DNA of 63,387 nucleotides, filler included, from Asterionella formosa (taxonomy: Eukaryota), in NCBI GenBank assembly GCA_002256025.1. It is 3 parts of 3 records of this genome, joined end to end, with 100 filler letters (N's around TTAATTAATTAA, not from the genome) between each part and the next. Parts side by side here need not be neighbours in the genome. Positions count along the whole stretch, not along the records: positions 1 to 30,647 come from NKIB01000835.1; 2 more parts are not named here. One strand, 5' to 3'. This document shows, piece by piece, positions 10,433-24,717 of the stretch. The notes beneath the pieces were generated by a model, which saw only the letters and a program-made list of their open reading frames with translations, did no database searches and had not been told where the DNA came from. A program made the position numbers and the translations under genes. Each line of letters begins with the position of its first letter. The stretch's first letter is position 1.

Positions 10433-12326
10433 TTTGCGATCGAGTAACTCCACGTGATGAACAATAGCTTTCGCTTTCGCGAATGTTATTTTATGATATT
10501 TTGCAGGAGGATCTGCATCCTACAAAAAATAAATTTGGAGGTACAAAGGTCCACAAATTCTTTGTTGGTATGTTGAGAACGTAGTCGACTTCATAAGAGG
10601 TCGCCTGGCAAACGAAAAATTAAGAGGTCCCTCAAAAATTTCAAATTTAAAGAGCTTATCTTGTATTAGTGAAGGATGTAAAACGGGCGACTTTCGTGTC
10701 CTATTGCCCCGAGTTTTATGAAAAATTGGTTTCACGAGGTACCAGTTAATTATTTGAAATTTTTCGCGAGGTCTTGTGATATTTCATAACCACAACACCT
10801 TTGAAATAAAACATTGCCAGTATATAGTCTACATGCGCATGTTAAAAGAAATAAAAAGGAGTTCCGGTACCCGGGAATTCGATAACCTGGCAGTCGCATA
10901 AATTAATGGGAATCGAAATTTAAAACAATAACGGTAGTACTGTTTTTGTACATAATTCAAATGGCGACAGTAAATGACTGGCATTGGGTCCAATGGGTTT
11001 TTGATTTCGATTTCGACGCGAGGACTTTTTGTCGGTGTTTACTACAGCCCTCACCTTTTACATGGAGCACTTCCCGTAGCGGATAGGATTCGGATGCCAG
11101 GGCAATATGACATGGATCTTTACACTATAGGTCTAATGTATGCTATATATTTATAATTTTTTTGCCTTTAGAAAAGGGAAAACTGCCCCCCGGTACATAG
11201 TGTTGTAAAAAAACTCTTCCAATTTCTTTGCCTTCAACTGGTAATCCTTTTGTGTAGTCGTTCTCCAACTCGGGCAAAAGACACCCAGAGAAGGGTTACC
11301 ATCAGTTCAAGTCAATACTATTGACAAAGTTAGAAATCGACTCCAAAATGTTTGTCTACAGCCAATCCGTAACGAGAAGTGCTCCACGTGTCGTCACAAT
11401 GATCGGGAGAGCAGAATAAATACAAATAATAATAAAATACTGGCAGTGAGTCCGATCGATCGCTTATGGATTTCAATCTTGCCCCGACTTAGGCGGTACT
11501 TACATCCCGCAGCTTCCATGATCCGGAGCAGAATAAAGTGATGTCATCGGGTCCGATGGGCTTTTGATTTCAATCTTGCCGCGACTCAGTCGGCATTTAC
11601 ATAGCTGTACCGGTACCGCTTAGATTTAACTTTCACCCGAATCGAACAAGAGTACATATTAGGTAAATATGGAGATACTGACGCACAATACCGGTAGAAT
11701 GTCTATTTGAGTGATGTCGTTGTCTGATGATTATTGTAAGCATAATTCACGACCAGGGCAGTCGTGATGACGTCAAACGCGTCGATAATTCCTAATATGT
11801 ACCGGAACATCCCTATGGTATTTCTATTTTCACGAGAACACTCTGACGTTGCTACGAAGTTGAGACACAAAGGTTTTAGAAAAATGGGAAGCAAGCAAGA
11901 AGAAGCATTTTACGATTCAGTAATGCCTCAAAAGTCCTCTGGCAATTCAAAGGAGGATGTCTGAGTTCGCGTTGCTCGGAAGGCTGCACAAACTCATTTA
12001 CCAGTACCTGGTACCATGGTCAATATTGTATAGTCAAGATTAAATGGTCCCAAAAAACCAGAAACGATATCGCAGAAAATTTCAAACAGGACCTCGTAGA
12101 GCAAATATCATACATGCAAGAGACAATAGACACTCCTGGGCACTTTCCGCTATTTTTACAATATACCGGTACCTGGTACCAGTACCATTTGACCGATTTT
12201 GTTATGAATTTTGTTCTGTTGTAAATCAGTACCGATATTACTCTATGACATTTCAGTCTTTGTCTTTGTGTCTGACTACATCTGTGACCTCCTCGAACCA
12301 CTATTATTCTTGTTTACGTATCTAAA

Positions 12327-12827
12327 TGTTGAGGATAAACGACTACTGTTAGCAGACAGTAGTATATCTAGTACTGCAATGACTGCACAGTCTGCACAAC
12401 CGACAGTCATGGTGAGGAATTCCATGGAACAAGAAGGTCAGTTCAGGAAAATATATGCGGGATTCGTAAATAAAATAGCAATTCCTACAGAGCAAGTCCA
12501 ACATGCAAGATTAAATGACAAGACTGAGACGATTGGAATTGCAAATCGTATGAAGTCGACCAATGAGAAAGAGTGGATTGAGGTGAAGAACAAATCCAAG
12601 AAAGTAAGATTTGTGAAACAAGATCAATTTGGTAAGACCAAGTAATTTGGCAGGATTGATAGAATTTGGTAAGATTGATAGAAAAAGTAATCTGAAGTAA
12701 TCACAACATTGAAAGAGGTTAATCTAAAAGTAGATTAAAGTGTTGTCGAAAACTAGCTAGTGGAGAACTAGTAGTACTGGACACTAGACGTGTAAGTACT
12801 ATCAAGGAGATCTGGAACATCTCAACA
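12327..12827 (+). mobile_element. Solo LTR (501 bp) with 6-bp target-site duplication
   Basis: Termini TGTTGAG...CTCAACA (7-bp inverted repeat); TCTAAA directly flanks both sides (12321-12326 and 12828-12833). Confidence 0.85.
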
Positions 12828-13599
12828 TCTAAACGCCAGTATTCATGCTCTACTCGAATCACTCTTTTAACAAATTCCCCTTCCAAACTCCTCTAGAGCT
12901 TGTCAGGACAGTTATCAGTCCAACACACTTTCAACTCCTCAATCATTCTTATCTCGTTATTTTTCTTTCTTGTTTGTTGGTTTGTTTGTTAACTAAGTTG
13001 ATTAGCATCATGCATATAGGATCAAGGGTATCATATGCAAAGTGGCACAGGATTTTCATATATTTATGATAGTTTCTTTTTTGGATCAAAACTATGATCA
13101 ATGTATCCTAGAATTATGATAATTTATTAATATTTACCATACTTGAAGTATAATGATTATAAGAACATTATCATTACACAATGTAAATCAACTGATCAAC
13201 AACATTTCTTATCAATATCACAAACCTTCTCATTTTATTTTCACTTCTTGTGATCACCAGCCAAATGTAAAATATTACTATAACACATGCTAAAATCAGC
13301 TAAACTCTACGCTATCATGTGAACTGTTTCATCATATATCTATCTTAAACATGATCATAATTCTGATCACAAGCATTGTTTAAAATAGATTGAAATGTAT
13401 TGTAATTTAGCAATGCTATCTATGATTCTACAGGCCAGCAACCCAATGTTTCTCTCTCCACTTGGCTCAGTGTATATTGTTCCTGTCTTGCCCTTTTCTT
13501 CCTCAATTCTGAATCTTTTGCTGTGCAGTGCATGCTTAATGTCTTGTCTCTCTCCCTGCTGATAGTTACACTCTGAACTCGCCGACTATTCCATTGTTT

Positions 13600-16500
13600 G
13601 ATTGATTCTATTGTCCTATGCAGTTACAGTAACAATGAGAAAGAATGACTTGTTAGCTAGACATGTTAAATTGACACAACATCACGCACGCCATTCCACC
13701 ATATCCTCTTGCTTGCTTCACTTACAACAAATCAAAGCAACTGATGCATATGTCTATAATAGTAAATTGTCGGTCGATTCTTGAATAAGTAAATATCAGA
13801 TATTCAATGTTGTCGAATAAAACTTACCAATTCATTTTCATTAGCTTGACTTTGAAAGATGGAAAACGGGTCCATCAGATATGTTCCAACAGTAGTGAAT
13901 AGGTCCAAGGACAATAGTACTTACCAGCTTTGTTTTGTTCTACATTGGTGCTGTCTAACAAGCGAAATGAGCTATTGAATCAACTGAGAAGAAAGCAAAC
14001 GTGCATTTAGTTTACTATTTGTTGTTGCCCTCCCAACAATTGTCATCCACGTACCACATTGATGGCTTCATTACCTTGAACATACTCCATCCTTTGAAGG
14101 CGCTTTACTATTCAACGCACCGCTCCAAAACAGCTGCATATCGATAGTTTTCTTCATGTCAGGTCTCATCATTCCAGCAACACACTCAAGCAACATATTC
14201 TAACATATCTCAAATCATCCAAAATGTACTATATGGAGGAGTACTACCTAAAGATTCTTGAAAAAGTCCAAGTATGATGGTTTTTGGAAAAAATTGTTTT
14301 CTAGTTTCAAGTGCGGGGGTAAAATCTTGGCTAAACAAAAAAAGTTGGGCACCACAGCACTTGAGATGCACTATCAGATCCGCATGCAGAGTATCAGGTT
14401 CAGAAATTCGGCATTTATTCTTCTTCTCACGCTTGGGTGATCAGCGCTAGTAAAAGTTCGGCAATGCACAACATTTAGAAACTTCATGTTAGAGTCTGTT
14501 GATGCATCAGGAAATTGCTTGATGTTGGATGCTGACTATGCAGCAAATGTCAAACCTTTCATGATTTTCCCGAAAGATCATGAACAAGCAGCATACTTGA
14601 GAGCCAAAGAATTCAATAGTCTTATCTTAAAAGAATATAACGGAAATACCCCACAATCTTTTTCGATGAAGCAGGTCCCACTTGGTGGAACTAGCTACCA
14701 CGCTAAAAGATAAGCAAGCAGTTGCAGCCCTTCTAACAAGGTTCAAGAAGCTTCCAATCATGGTTCCAACAAGGAATGTCCCTGGGAATTCAGATACATA
14801 GAATTTTTCCACAACTACAGAGGTAAAAAAGCCAATAAAATCCTGGGCTCAAACTGCGACAATTGGCTCCACATCACAGGGTACTGCTCTGACAACAGAT
14901 TAAACTCAGAATACAGAGTTCCATACAAAAAGGCTGGAGTACCATCTTACAGAACTATCAAACCGTCAAAACCAGACAAACACAGCAATGCAGCGACTTG
15001 ATGTTACTCTCAACCAGCTACTCTCTTTGCAAGAAATGCTGTCTCTCCAGGCGCAAAAAGACACAGAAACTGTTGACAAGCTGGTATCACAAGTTATGTG
15101 CACAAACAGTACAGTGGATACTCTGGTGCATGCCTTGGTTACACAAGGTATCAATCCAGGATTCAGTCCTCTTGATTACCTCAAGAAAAAGATCAACACC
15201 TTATGCAGACTTTCGAGACATGAGTCAACAGAAAACTCCCCCACCAAGTCCGGAGAATTCTGGAGTTGTAGCGGAAAATTTTACCACAGCGCAAACATCC
15301 TTGTCTTGGGCATCTAGACAAAGGGAGCCAGTCAATGCCTGGCAAATTCCGAAGGGCCGGAAAAGGAAGAGTACCAAGCCAGGTACACTCCCTAATGTAA
15401 AAGTCCTCAATCACTGTCTAGGTACTCAGTTTTGGATGATGTGGAGGAAGAGGAAGACATTTACGGAGATTGAGGAATCCAGCTCTCAATTTGTTTTGGT
15501 AGCAACTCTCGAAAGGAGTGACTATTCATCGATCCAATCTCAAGTCGACGAGATTGTCTCTATGAAGCAGTCAGGTACATTGAAACAAAGCAAATTGATC
15601 AAAGTCCAAACAATCTATCGAAAACTGAAAAATGTTACTAGCGCAATGCAACATTACTAGTCCAGTGCTTCAGTCTACAGCGGTCAACCAAGTAGACAAT
15701 GCACACTTTTTGTACACACCATCCTCCAATGCGGAACAGCAACAAGGAACAACATTACCAACAAGCACAACAACTCAAGCACATACTCAGATCTACAAAA
15801 ATATGAAACAAAATTTTATACCAAGAAATACCACATTCTCCCAATAGGAACCCTGGGTTGACGTCATGCACGACAACCAAGACAATACTTTTAGAGTATT
15901 TTTTCAAAACGTATGCGGCTTACACCTTCAAAAAACAGTAATGGACTTACAATTTTATATGGAAACAATGAAAAACTACCAAGTGGGTCTTTATGGATGG
16001 TCAGAAACAAACACGAATTGGCTAAATCTAGAAACACAAATGGAATACAGAGAAAGATTGGCAAGGACATTTGAAACTGCAAAAAGTTCCTTTTCAACCA
16101 GCTCCATTCCCTCAGTTTCTAATTATAAACCAGGGGGCATGGTCACGACAGTAATCGGAAAATGGTGTGGTTGAGCAGATCATGACTCTGGCATGGACAA
16201 GATGGGCATGGGCTGTTGGAGCTACTTTCTACTCAAAGGAAAAAACAATGTGCTAATAACAGTGATTACAGCATACAGAGTATCACAGGTTTCCAAGCCA
16301 AAGCATGGATAATTTGCAACAAATCATCAAAAACACATGGTGATGTCTAACAAGGGTAATCTGACACCAAATCCAAGGCAGCAGTTTATCACAGATATGA
16401 CACCACTATTTATTCAGGATCAACAAACTTTGGGAAGGGAAATACTTCTCATGATGGATGCAAATGAGGAAACGAGTCCAACAAATAGAGGCATTGTCAA

Positions 16501-18445
16501 TCTTTTTCATGATTTCTCACTATTAAATTTAATGGAGGCACTCCACCCAGGGAAAGCAACTCCAACAACATATGACAGAGGTACCAAAACAATTGATCAT
16601 ATGTTTGGTAGTCTACAGGTTAGAAATTCGATGACAAGAGGGGGCTATTTACCCTTTTATCATTTCATTCAGGCGTACCACCGTGGCATGTATATCGATT
16701 TTGATGCCTCCTGGCTGTTTGGGGGTGTTCAGGAGAAAGGGCATAGGCTTGTCATAGAACTTTTATATCTTCCAATCCAAAGTTAAGTCAGAAATATCTT
16801 CAGGCAGTGAAAACATATTGGACCAGCCATCAAATATTTAAAAGAATCAAAGCTCTACATTCTTGGGAAACTTGGACTAAAGAAAAAATTGCGAACAAAT
16901 GGGAAATCATCGATGCAGACATTGGCAGAGCGATGAAACTCGGGGAAAAGGCGGTAAGACGTCAATGAAGAAATATTCTTGGTCTAAAGAGCTACGAAGG
17001 CGAGTATATGCTTATCAGTATTGGAAAAAACGTCTAAAGCTGCTAAAATACGCTGACCACCATGATGAAGGACTACAGGCGACGCGGGAAATCGCAGAGC
17101 TTGAAGATTCAGAGGCTGATCTGTCTGAGACTCAGATACAGGAGAAAATATTTGGAGCATGAAAAGGTCCTCTAGTTTGTCAGGCACAACATGAATCTCT
17201 CAAGTTTAGACAACTAGATTTCGAAAAAGACATGATTGCAGATTTGACAGGCCAGCGATCAGCGGAATCTAAGAAGAAAGTAAGGATTTTAAAGACCATC
17301 TTGCTTGCATGCAGAATCAAAGAAGGAGAGTTTTTAATGTCTTTTTTACCAGTACAGGAAACTGATGGTACATCACTCACTTGGACCACTGAATTTGAAT
17401 CTGATTAACTTGAGTCAGCAGTGTTGCAACACCACTGCCACCAGCAGTACAGAAAAGCTTCACAGTCTCCTCAATTTTGCCATGGCACCTTGCAAGCTTT
17501 GCTCGGATTTAATGGCGTATCAAAGGCAGCATCGCAAATTTTGGAAGGGACCCTTTTCGAAAATGTCGATGAGGAATGCCATCCAGGCGTGGTGGAATTA
17601 TTTACAGCAATGGCAGTGCCAGAGGGTATGCGAGATGTTCTCTCTATTAGTATTTGTATATCAGAACAGGATTTTCTAATAGGTATGCGGAGCTGGAAGA
17701 AAACGACATCAATATCTCCAAGTGGTCGTCACTTAGGACACTATAAAGATGGCAAAACGTGGTATTGGTCCTGTTAGAAAAGGATCCTGGCAGCCCAAAA
17801 CGTTCGAGACTGAGAATCATACATCTGTTTGAGGCAGATTACAATATGTTTCTTAAGCTGATCTGGGGCTGCAGATTGGTTTTTTGGCACGCAGAAGATC
17901 ATGACCAGCTGGGAGATGACATGCAAGGCTCCAGAAAACACAGAGGAACTATGGACTTATTATCAAAAAAGTGCTCAGCTACGATAGTTCTCGTCAATTT
18001 AGATAAAATATGGCAATTTTCGACAATGACGCACGATGATTGGGAATGCCTGCGCCAGCAGTCATTGCACACTCAGAAACATGAAGGCAAATAATATATG
18101 GAATCATTACAGTGGAACAGATACTCAGCCACTAGCAGGCACAGGTCAGGTTAATGGGGCTTCCCCGGCCATGTGGCCTACCATCTGCATAGTTATTATC
18201 CAGGCATACTGCAAATTGGCTTCAAAAAGAATGAAGTTTATGGGTCCAACCGGAAGCATAGCATCAGAACGAAGCGTGGATGCTTTTGTTGATGACACCT
18301 CAATTGGTATCACGGACTATCCAAAAGGGGCATCATTGTCAGCCCTCACAATGCTCCAACTCTTGGAAAAGTGTGCTCAACTATGGCAAAATCTACTATT
18401 TGCCTCGGGGGGGGGGGGGGGNNNNNNNNCCCCCCCCCGCCCCCG

Positions 18446-18494
<49 letters not shown>

Positions 18495-21400
18495 TTGAAC
18501 TCAGTAAACGTTATCACTACATGGTTCGCTGGCATTGGGATATCCAAGGGTATCCGAAACTTACAGAATTTCGCACCCATCTGGATAACATTGGAGAACA
18601 CAATTTTGGGGAGGGAGCCTATAGGTCATTAAAGATTACTTCGGGCATCGATAGGACTCCTGTAGAGATTCGCAATAAATCAGTGAAAATCAGTTCAAAA
18701 ATACTTGGAGTAATGGTACCTGTGAACAAGAACAACTGGGAAGAAGAAATTAGCAGGATGACGAAGAAAAGTAATAAATATGCAAGACTAACAATGTCAA
18801 ATCGTCACCGCCACTGTGACGCAAATTTATCTCATAGGATTATTTGAGCTCCCCACAAACCAACTTGCTTCCAATCACAAGTATGATATCATTAAAATCT
18901 CTTGAAAGCATTCAAAAACATGATGCCAGACAGGCATATGGTTGTCCCATGTCCTGCGGGGAGTTGAATATGATGAATCTGATGAATCTGATGCTTGAAC
19001 AGGGCATACGGCGGGGTCTTGCTAATCTCCGGCACCATTTTTATGCGCAAGACTCACAACATCTCTAAGATGATTAGAATATCGAAAAGAGCCTCTCAAC
19101 TTGAATCTGGAAGACTCGAAGATATTATGATGCATCCTTGTATTAAGATACCATATCTCACGCCAACCTGGATCACAAATATATGGCAATTCATACTACT
19201 ATCACAACATGATTTATGGCTGGAAATCTCCAATGCCTGGACACAGGCACCCCAAAGCCAACATGATAGAGCTCTGATGGAGATATTTTCGGAGTCGAGT
19301 ATTAGCAATTTCAAATTGTTCCATCTCAACTGTTGTCGGATATTTCTAAATTGCCACAGTTGCTGATATAGCCACTGCGGACCACGGGTTGCGCTTATGA
19401 CCAGAAGATTTCAAAGGCAAGAAATTAAAGGACAGAAAATCTCCGTTTCTCTGGCCAAACCAACCTGAACCTACAGACCAGCAAAAAGCAGACTGGAAAT
19501 CAGCTCTAACCAAATGCTTATTTAAGACCAAGACATCGGATGCACTATACCTTGTTCACCAACGTCTGGGAAAATGGATAGGTCCACCAGCACAAAGGTG
19601 GAAATTTTATTACTCAGTATGAACAAAAGAACTTTCTTGGCAGCAAGCCAAAACAAAATGGCTACTCCACAGACCTATAACAACATCGCGACTGTCAACC
19701 ATGTACCATCCAGAGGGGACTGCAACTATTCGTAAATTGCCAGAAAAGGGGGTTTGTCCCTGCGACTTTACTCCAAATTGGAAGGCTACATATAGACAAA
19801 CACTCACGACAGATGGCTCACATGTTATCTCTTCCCCAACCATGTTTCAAAATCATCTAGAGACATTCCCAATATACTTACAAAGATTGACACACTCTCT
19901 AAAGTATACGACTGCAACAAAATCATCGAGGCTAATACACCACCTGAAACTGGGACTTCCGTGCTGAGTGGGAACAGATAACTCACTTAAGGATGGCCGG
20001 GGCATCCTCCTACGCAAGGTCATTACATCTGAAGAGTGGATATACGATTATTCAATAGAAAACAGTTTCTTGCTCAGGCCCAGTTGATGGGGAGCCAGAG
20101 GGAAACAGCTCTACACGAGTTGAGCTATTTGTAATCGCCTCAGTTTTGCGGTTCTTTACAGAATTTATTAAGTAACATGCAGTGAATACATCTCTGTATA
20201 TCTGGTGGAGTGATAGCGCTTTGGCGATCAAACAGGTCCAGGTTATCAAGGAAGGCATGTCAAGGGGTCGACCTCCTCTTAATGCCGACATTGTCTCCAT
20301 ACTTCAAGAGCTGGTTGGTAGTACACCAATTGAAATGAAAGTGGATTGGGTAAGATCGCGGCATCAAGACACATCTAGGGACATAGAGGGACTCTCGTTG
20401 TCAGCGAAACTAAATGTAAGAGCGGAAGCTCTGGCGGAGCAATAACTTTTGATGCATCCCACAGGTCAAACCGGCTATCTGCATCCAAATACACCACATT
20501 TTCCGCAAATGGGAGCCAGCGTGCTTATTGGAAACACAAGAATACACAGAGCAACTTCACAGAATGAGAGTTGCGATACAACAAAAACTGTACAAGACAT
20601 TCTTCTCATAAAAACTAAGTATAGAGTTTTCTTACTCAAATATTCATTGGGTGGCATTTTCTCAAGTATTTAAAGCCAAATCGGCAAATGAATGAGTGAT
20701 CACAAAGTTCATCCATGGCTGGTTACCAACAGGCTCAAGACGCGCTATCATCTCCAAAGGGAGCATATCCTGTCCTCATTGCAAAGATTTTGAAACCACA
20801 GAACATCTCCTCGCCTGTAACAATTCAAAAATTAAGTACAACAGAGGACTCAGAAAGACGTTTCTTGATTCTCAGCTTCGCAAACAAGTGCCAGGAGGAC
20901 ACCACATCACTCACGTTTTCGTTGCCTACGTACATCATTTGTTAAGCAACAAGTCCTCTGCATTTTCCATTCCCCATGGAAACAATTCATCAGGAACTAC
21001 CAAGGCGGCTATCATAAAGGCGGTGTCTAATCAACAGCAAATCGGCAAGGTTTTGACCCTAAGGGGATATCTGACAAAACATGGAGCGAGGCCATGCTCA
21101 CAGATCTTGTACAAGACATCACATTGGCTCAGGCACAGAAATGGACAATGGTGGCGATCCCAAAATTGTGGGGGATAGCATCCAAAGCATGGAAGGAACA
21201 GAATCATGTCTTACACAAAGACAAAAATGCGACCATAGCCCAATCTGAATGGACGTAAAAATTCAAGAATACTATCGCAACCAGCAAACGATTAGTACCA
21301 GGGACGTCCAACTGTTCACCCAACCTCTCCAGGATTTACTTAGGGCCAGATTGGGCACCAAAAGGAGATTTCTGGAAGAAGCAGCCAGCCTTCCTATTTG

Positions 21401-21830
21401 AGGATTCAGCTCGGATGGCAAAAAGTGATCAACGATGTTTGAATCAGTTTTACAACACAATTCCACAAGAATCAAGGGACCATCGTCCACACCTCCTCCA
21501 AGTGGGGCAATACACTCCCTCTCGATATCAAGCAAACAAAGCTCACAACTTTCTTTACCCACTGAAACGAGGTTAAAGAATGGCATTTAAGAAACCTACA
21601 CAGCACCACATGAAACTCCCTTACTCTCATTAGAGAGAGTGTATCAACCTCATTCTCCCCACAAACAGGCACCGAGCGTCACCAAACCTGATGGGATGAT
21701 CCATGGCTGGTTAGTTTTACCCATAAAAACCCAGGATTGGCATGCCAGGAAGCGCTATGCTGGCTACCCTACCAATCATAGAGTATTAATAAGGCGCTTA
21801 ATAAATGAAATTATTTAATTTAATTCAATT
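13600..21830 (+). mobile_element. Decayed non-LTR retrotransposon (Ambal-like LINE): ORF1 remnant + ORF2 with APE endonuclease, RT, RNase H and C-terminal zinc finger
   Basis: In order: FFQNVCGL/GWSETNTNW/MMDANE/TIDHMFGS (APE, 15.9-16.7 kb); SPSGRHLGHYK, LLEKDPG..LRIIHLFEADYN, GTGQVNGASP, AFVDDT (RT, 17.7-18.4 kb); SDSALAI/WVRS.HQD/LNVRAEALA (RNase H, 20.2-20.4 kb); CPHC..ETTEHLLAC (20.8 kb); many stops and frameshifts; 5' boundary approximate. Confidence 0.9.
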
Positions 21831-23185
21831 TCAGCAGCATTATCAGAACATCGTTCCCGATTAACTAAAATTGAACCATCAATTGTCAAAAAGATTTCGA
21901 GTTTTATTTTTAAAACCAAGAAGTTTTGCGGTGAACATGTAAGTTTGATGCTATAGTTTGTGATTTGCAGGTACTGTAAAACAGAATACCCATCAAAATA
22001 CCCATCAAATATGCTTTTTTCTTGTCCCAAAGTGAATCAAACATCCCGCCCTATCTGGTCCAAGTAGCATTAAAGGCATTTCAAATCAAAGACAGGATTG
22101 GTTTGCCCAATGTTGCCCAACTTGGTTATATACAGTGAAACCGGACTAAAGCACCAGAGAAGTGAAGAGTGACCCCGAGCTTGCTGATTTCATATGGAAT
22201 GGTTCTGATGCACTACTTCCTATGGATCAGAGCATTGAACATATCAACAAGAAGGCACGTTTAGATAACATCAAATCAACATTTTGTGGCATGTGTATTG
22301 AAAAGTAGGGAGAATGTCAGAATGTATTGAATAATCAATCTAAAGGAATCTTAGGTAAGTTCTCGCAGGGAGATGCTCCGAAAAGATGATGTTTTATTCT
22401 TATCAAATATGTTTTAATTTAAATATGCTAAAATAACTCGTGACACAGCTGGTCAAACATAGTATAACTTCCAGACAATGGATATTGATGACTTCATTTA
22501 ATTGGGCATTCACGCTTTATCGTTTTGCGCAGTCACAGGACATTGACAGGGGAAGCCACCGATACCAACAAGTTTGGATTGATGTTCATGCTCTTGTGTA
22601 TTTTATAGGCATGACAAGCCGTGGGAACCATTTCTAATATGACACAAATCTGGTGTGACCTAATTTCAACTAAGTGTTCGGGAACAGTGTGAATTGCAAT
22701 CACGTTTTGTTGGTTTGCTGATCAATGCCGCCAGTACAGAAGCATTCTGCTTGTTGGTGCTGAAAGTAAAATCCCGATTGCAACCAAAATATTTGGGTTT
22801 CAATCCAGATACCCACGAAATGTCAGAGAACAATATTCGTCATTCTACTGATTTGGTCGACATTGGTTAGGAAACCACTTATCAAAAAAAGTTTGTCCCT
22901 CTATTGATGATGATACGGATACCGGTTTTTCCAGGAGCAAATAACAATGAAGAGAGCCAATTGTCCCTCTATTGATGGTAACAAAGATGTGGAAAAGTTT
23001 AACAGTGAATACAAGAACAACATCCCAAAAGCGGAAACAAGCGATATGAAAAAGAAATTGTAATCAGAATCATTCAATAACTATAGCTAACTATGTGGAC
23101 AGCAGGCCCGGCAGTTTCTTACATTTTCGTATCTACTTCTATGCTGAATCTCAATTGTAGATGTAGTATGTGAGAATTTAAATTG

Positions 23186-24126
23186 TCAACAAGAACAAGT
23201 AGAAGAATATTTCAAGACTTGCTTGCTTGTATTCGAAATTGCTTGCTCTTGCCAAAATAGGTATGCATATATCATGGTTGCAAACATGGTGGCTTTGTCT
23301 GCTACAGGCAGTCTCACAATGGCATCTTTGTTTGTCTGCAGAACTATTTTAATAATTTGCCTTGAAAACCTCAACCAAACACTCAAGGAACCATAAGCTA
23401 ATCCGAAAAATATTTGAAGAATCATGTAGGAACCACGAGTCCTGGTCCATGATAACGCAAGCGCCAGACCACTGATGGAACTGAGGAATCTGGGCTGACC
23501 CTTTTTGATTGTTGAACTTCTAACAATGAAATCCGTATATTTCCTAGAGTGAGTAAAGGAATTAAAACAGGGCTTGAATAGTTGGTGTAGGAGCTCAAAA
23601 GAATCATGATCAAACCCACACAATTTGATGAGAGCATCATCATGCTTGATGTTGAACAAAAACCAGAATGGACTTGACAATGGATTCTTTATTGCCTTGC
23701 GCCGAATTTTGCCACTTCTCCTTCTGACCTTGTCAATAGTCAATCGGTCACTGAACAATGGCGTCTTGTTTGCTAGATTTCATGCTGCTAGCAGTATCAA
23801 TGTGATGATCATGTCATCATGCTCATCATGACGAGATGAACAGAAAGCCGACATGGTCAGTGGCCAACAATGGTGAAATAATGGAACTCATTTACCCCAG
23901 TACTCCCTCTGTAGCAAGAGGAGAGCGGAGGCATACAAGAGGATGCATTGCTATGAAATTTTAACTGTTTTAAATTATAGTTAACCATTTATTTAATGTC
24001 AGATAAGTAATTTAAAATATCTCTACTATCAGAGCGCAACAACGATATTATGTGTCAAATCACCAAAATAATTTGTGTTATCATATACACATGATATAAT
24101 TCTTTTGTAATCAGGAGAGCGCGCCC
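23186..24126 (-). mobile_element. 5' part of PIF/Harbinger-like (DDE_Tnp_4 type) DNA transposon; transposase truncated before the catalytic core
   Basis: ORF 23186-23758: SPFWFLF..DDALIKLCGFDHDSFELLHQLF..GQPRFL..LALALSWTRTRG..LQIFFG..LSVWLRFSRQI; possible terminus GGGCGCGCTCTCC on minus at ~24126. Confidence 0.65.
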
Positions 24127-24193
24127 ACTGAAATATGTTCGGTCGCACATAATGACGGTTATATACATCTATGCACGTATTCTGAATGCGTGA

Positions 24194-24573
24194 TATGCAG
24201 CATGCAGTGGTAACACAGGCTGTAAGTAATTGTCGTATTCAAAACGATAACAACCCAGGCTGCACTTAATTGTCATATTCACAACGATAATAATACGTTA
24301 ATCCTGATACTGCGGCTTGACATTGTGGCTATGCTAAAATACAAAGTGGCTGAATCACTACAACGTAAGGAGTACTACTGTTCATGTTGCATCATGCAGC
24401 ATGCAGTGGTGACCCAGGCTGTAAGTAATTGTCGTATTCAAAACGATAATAACCCAGATTGTACTTAATTGTCATATTCAAAACGGTAATAATACGTTAA
24501 TCGTGATACTGCGGCTTTACATTGTGGCTATGATACTAAAATACAAAGTGGCTGAATCGCTACAACGTACGGA
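24194..24573. repeat. Tandem duplication of a ~199-bp unit (2 copies), each containing an internal ~39-bp repeat
   Basis: atgcagcatgcagtggt..caggctgtaagtaattgtcgtattcaaaacgata..aatacaaagtggctgaatc at ~24194 and ~24395. Confidence 0.95.
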
Positions 24574-24717
24574 GGCTAGCTATGTTACAGTATGAAGCGT
24601 ATGCATACCGTGTATAGAGGAGTAATGTACCATTAGTAATTTGGAATCATAGTGTACCAGATACTCCGTACTCACCATGAGTAACTTATTTTAGTAGGGC
24701 CGGGTAGGGCCGGATGA

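Noticed and set aside
18406..18494. Poly-G/N/poly-C run producing poly-Pro and poly-Gly ORFs and a possible G-quadruplex
   Set aside because: Surrounds an N gap and interrupts the RT motif LLFASGG(A)LELSK; most likely a sequencing or scaffolding homopolymer artefact
21830..23100. Possible second ORF of the Harbinger-like element
   Set aside because: Only short broken frames with no motif I can identify
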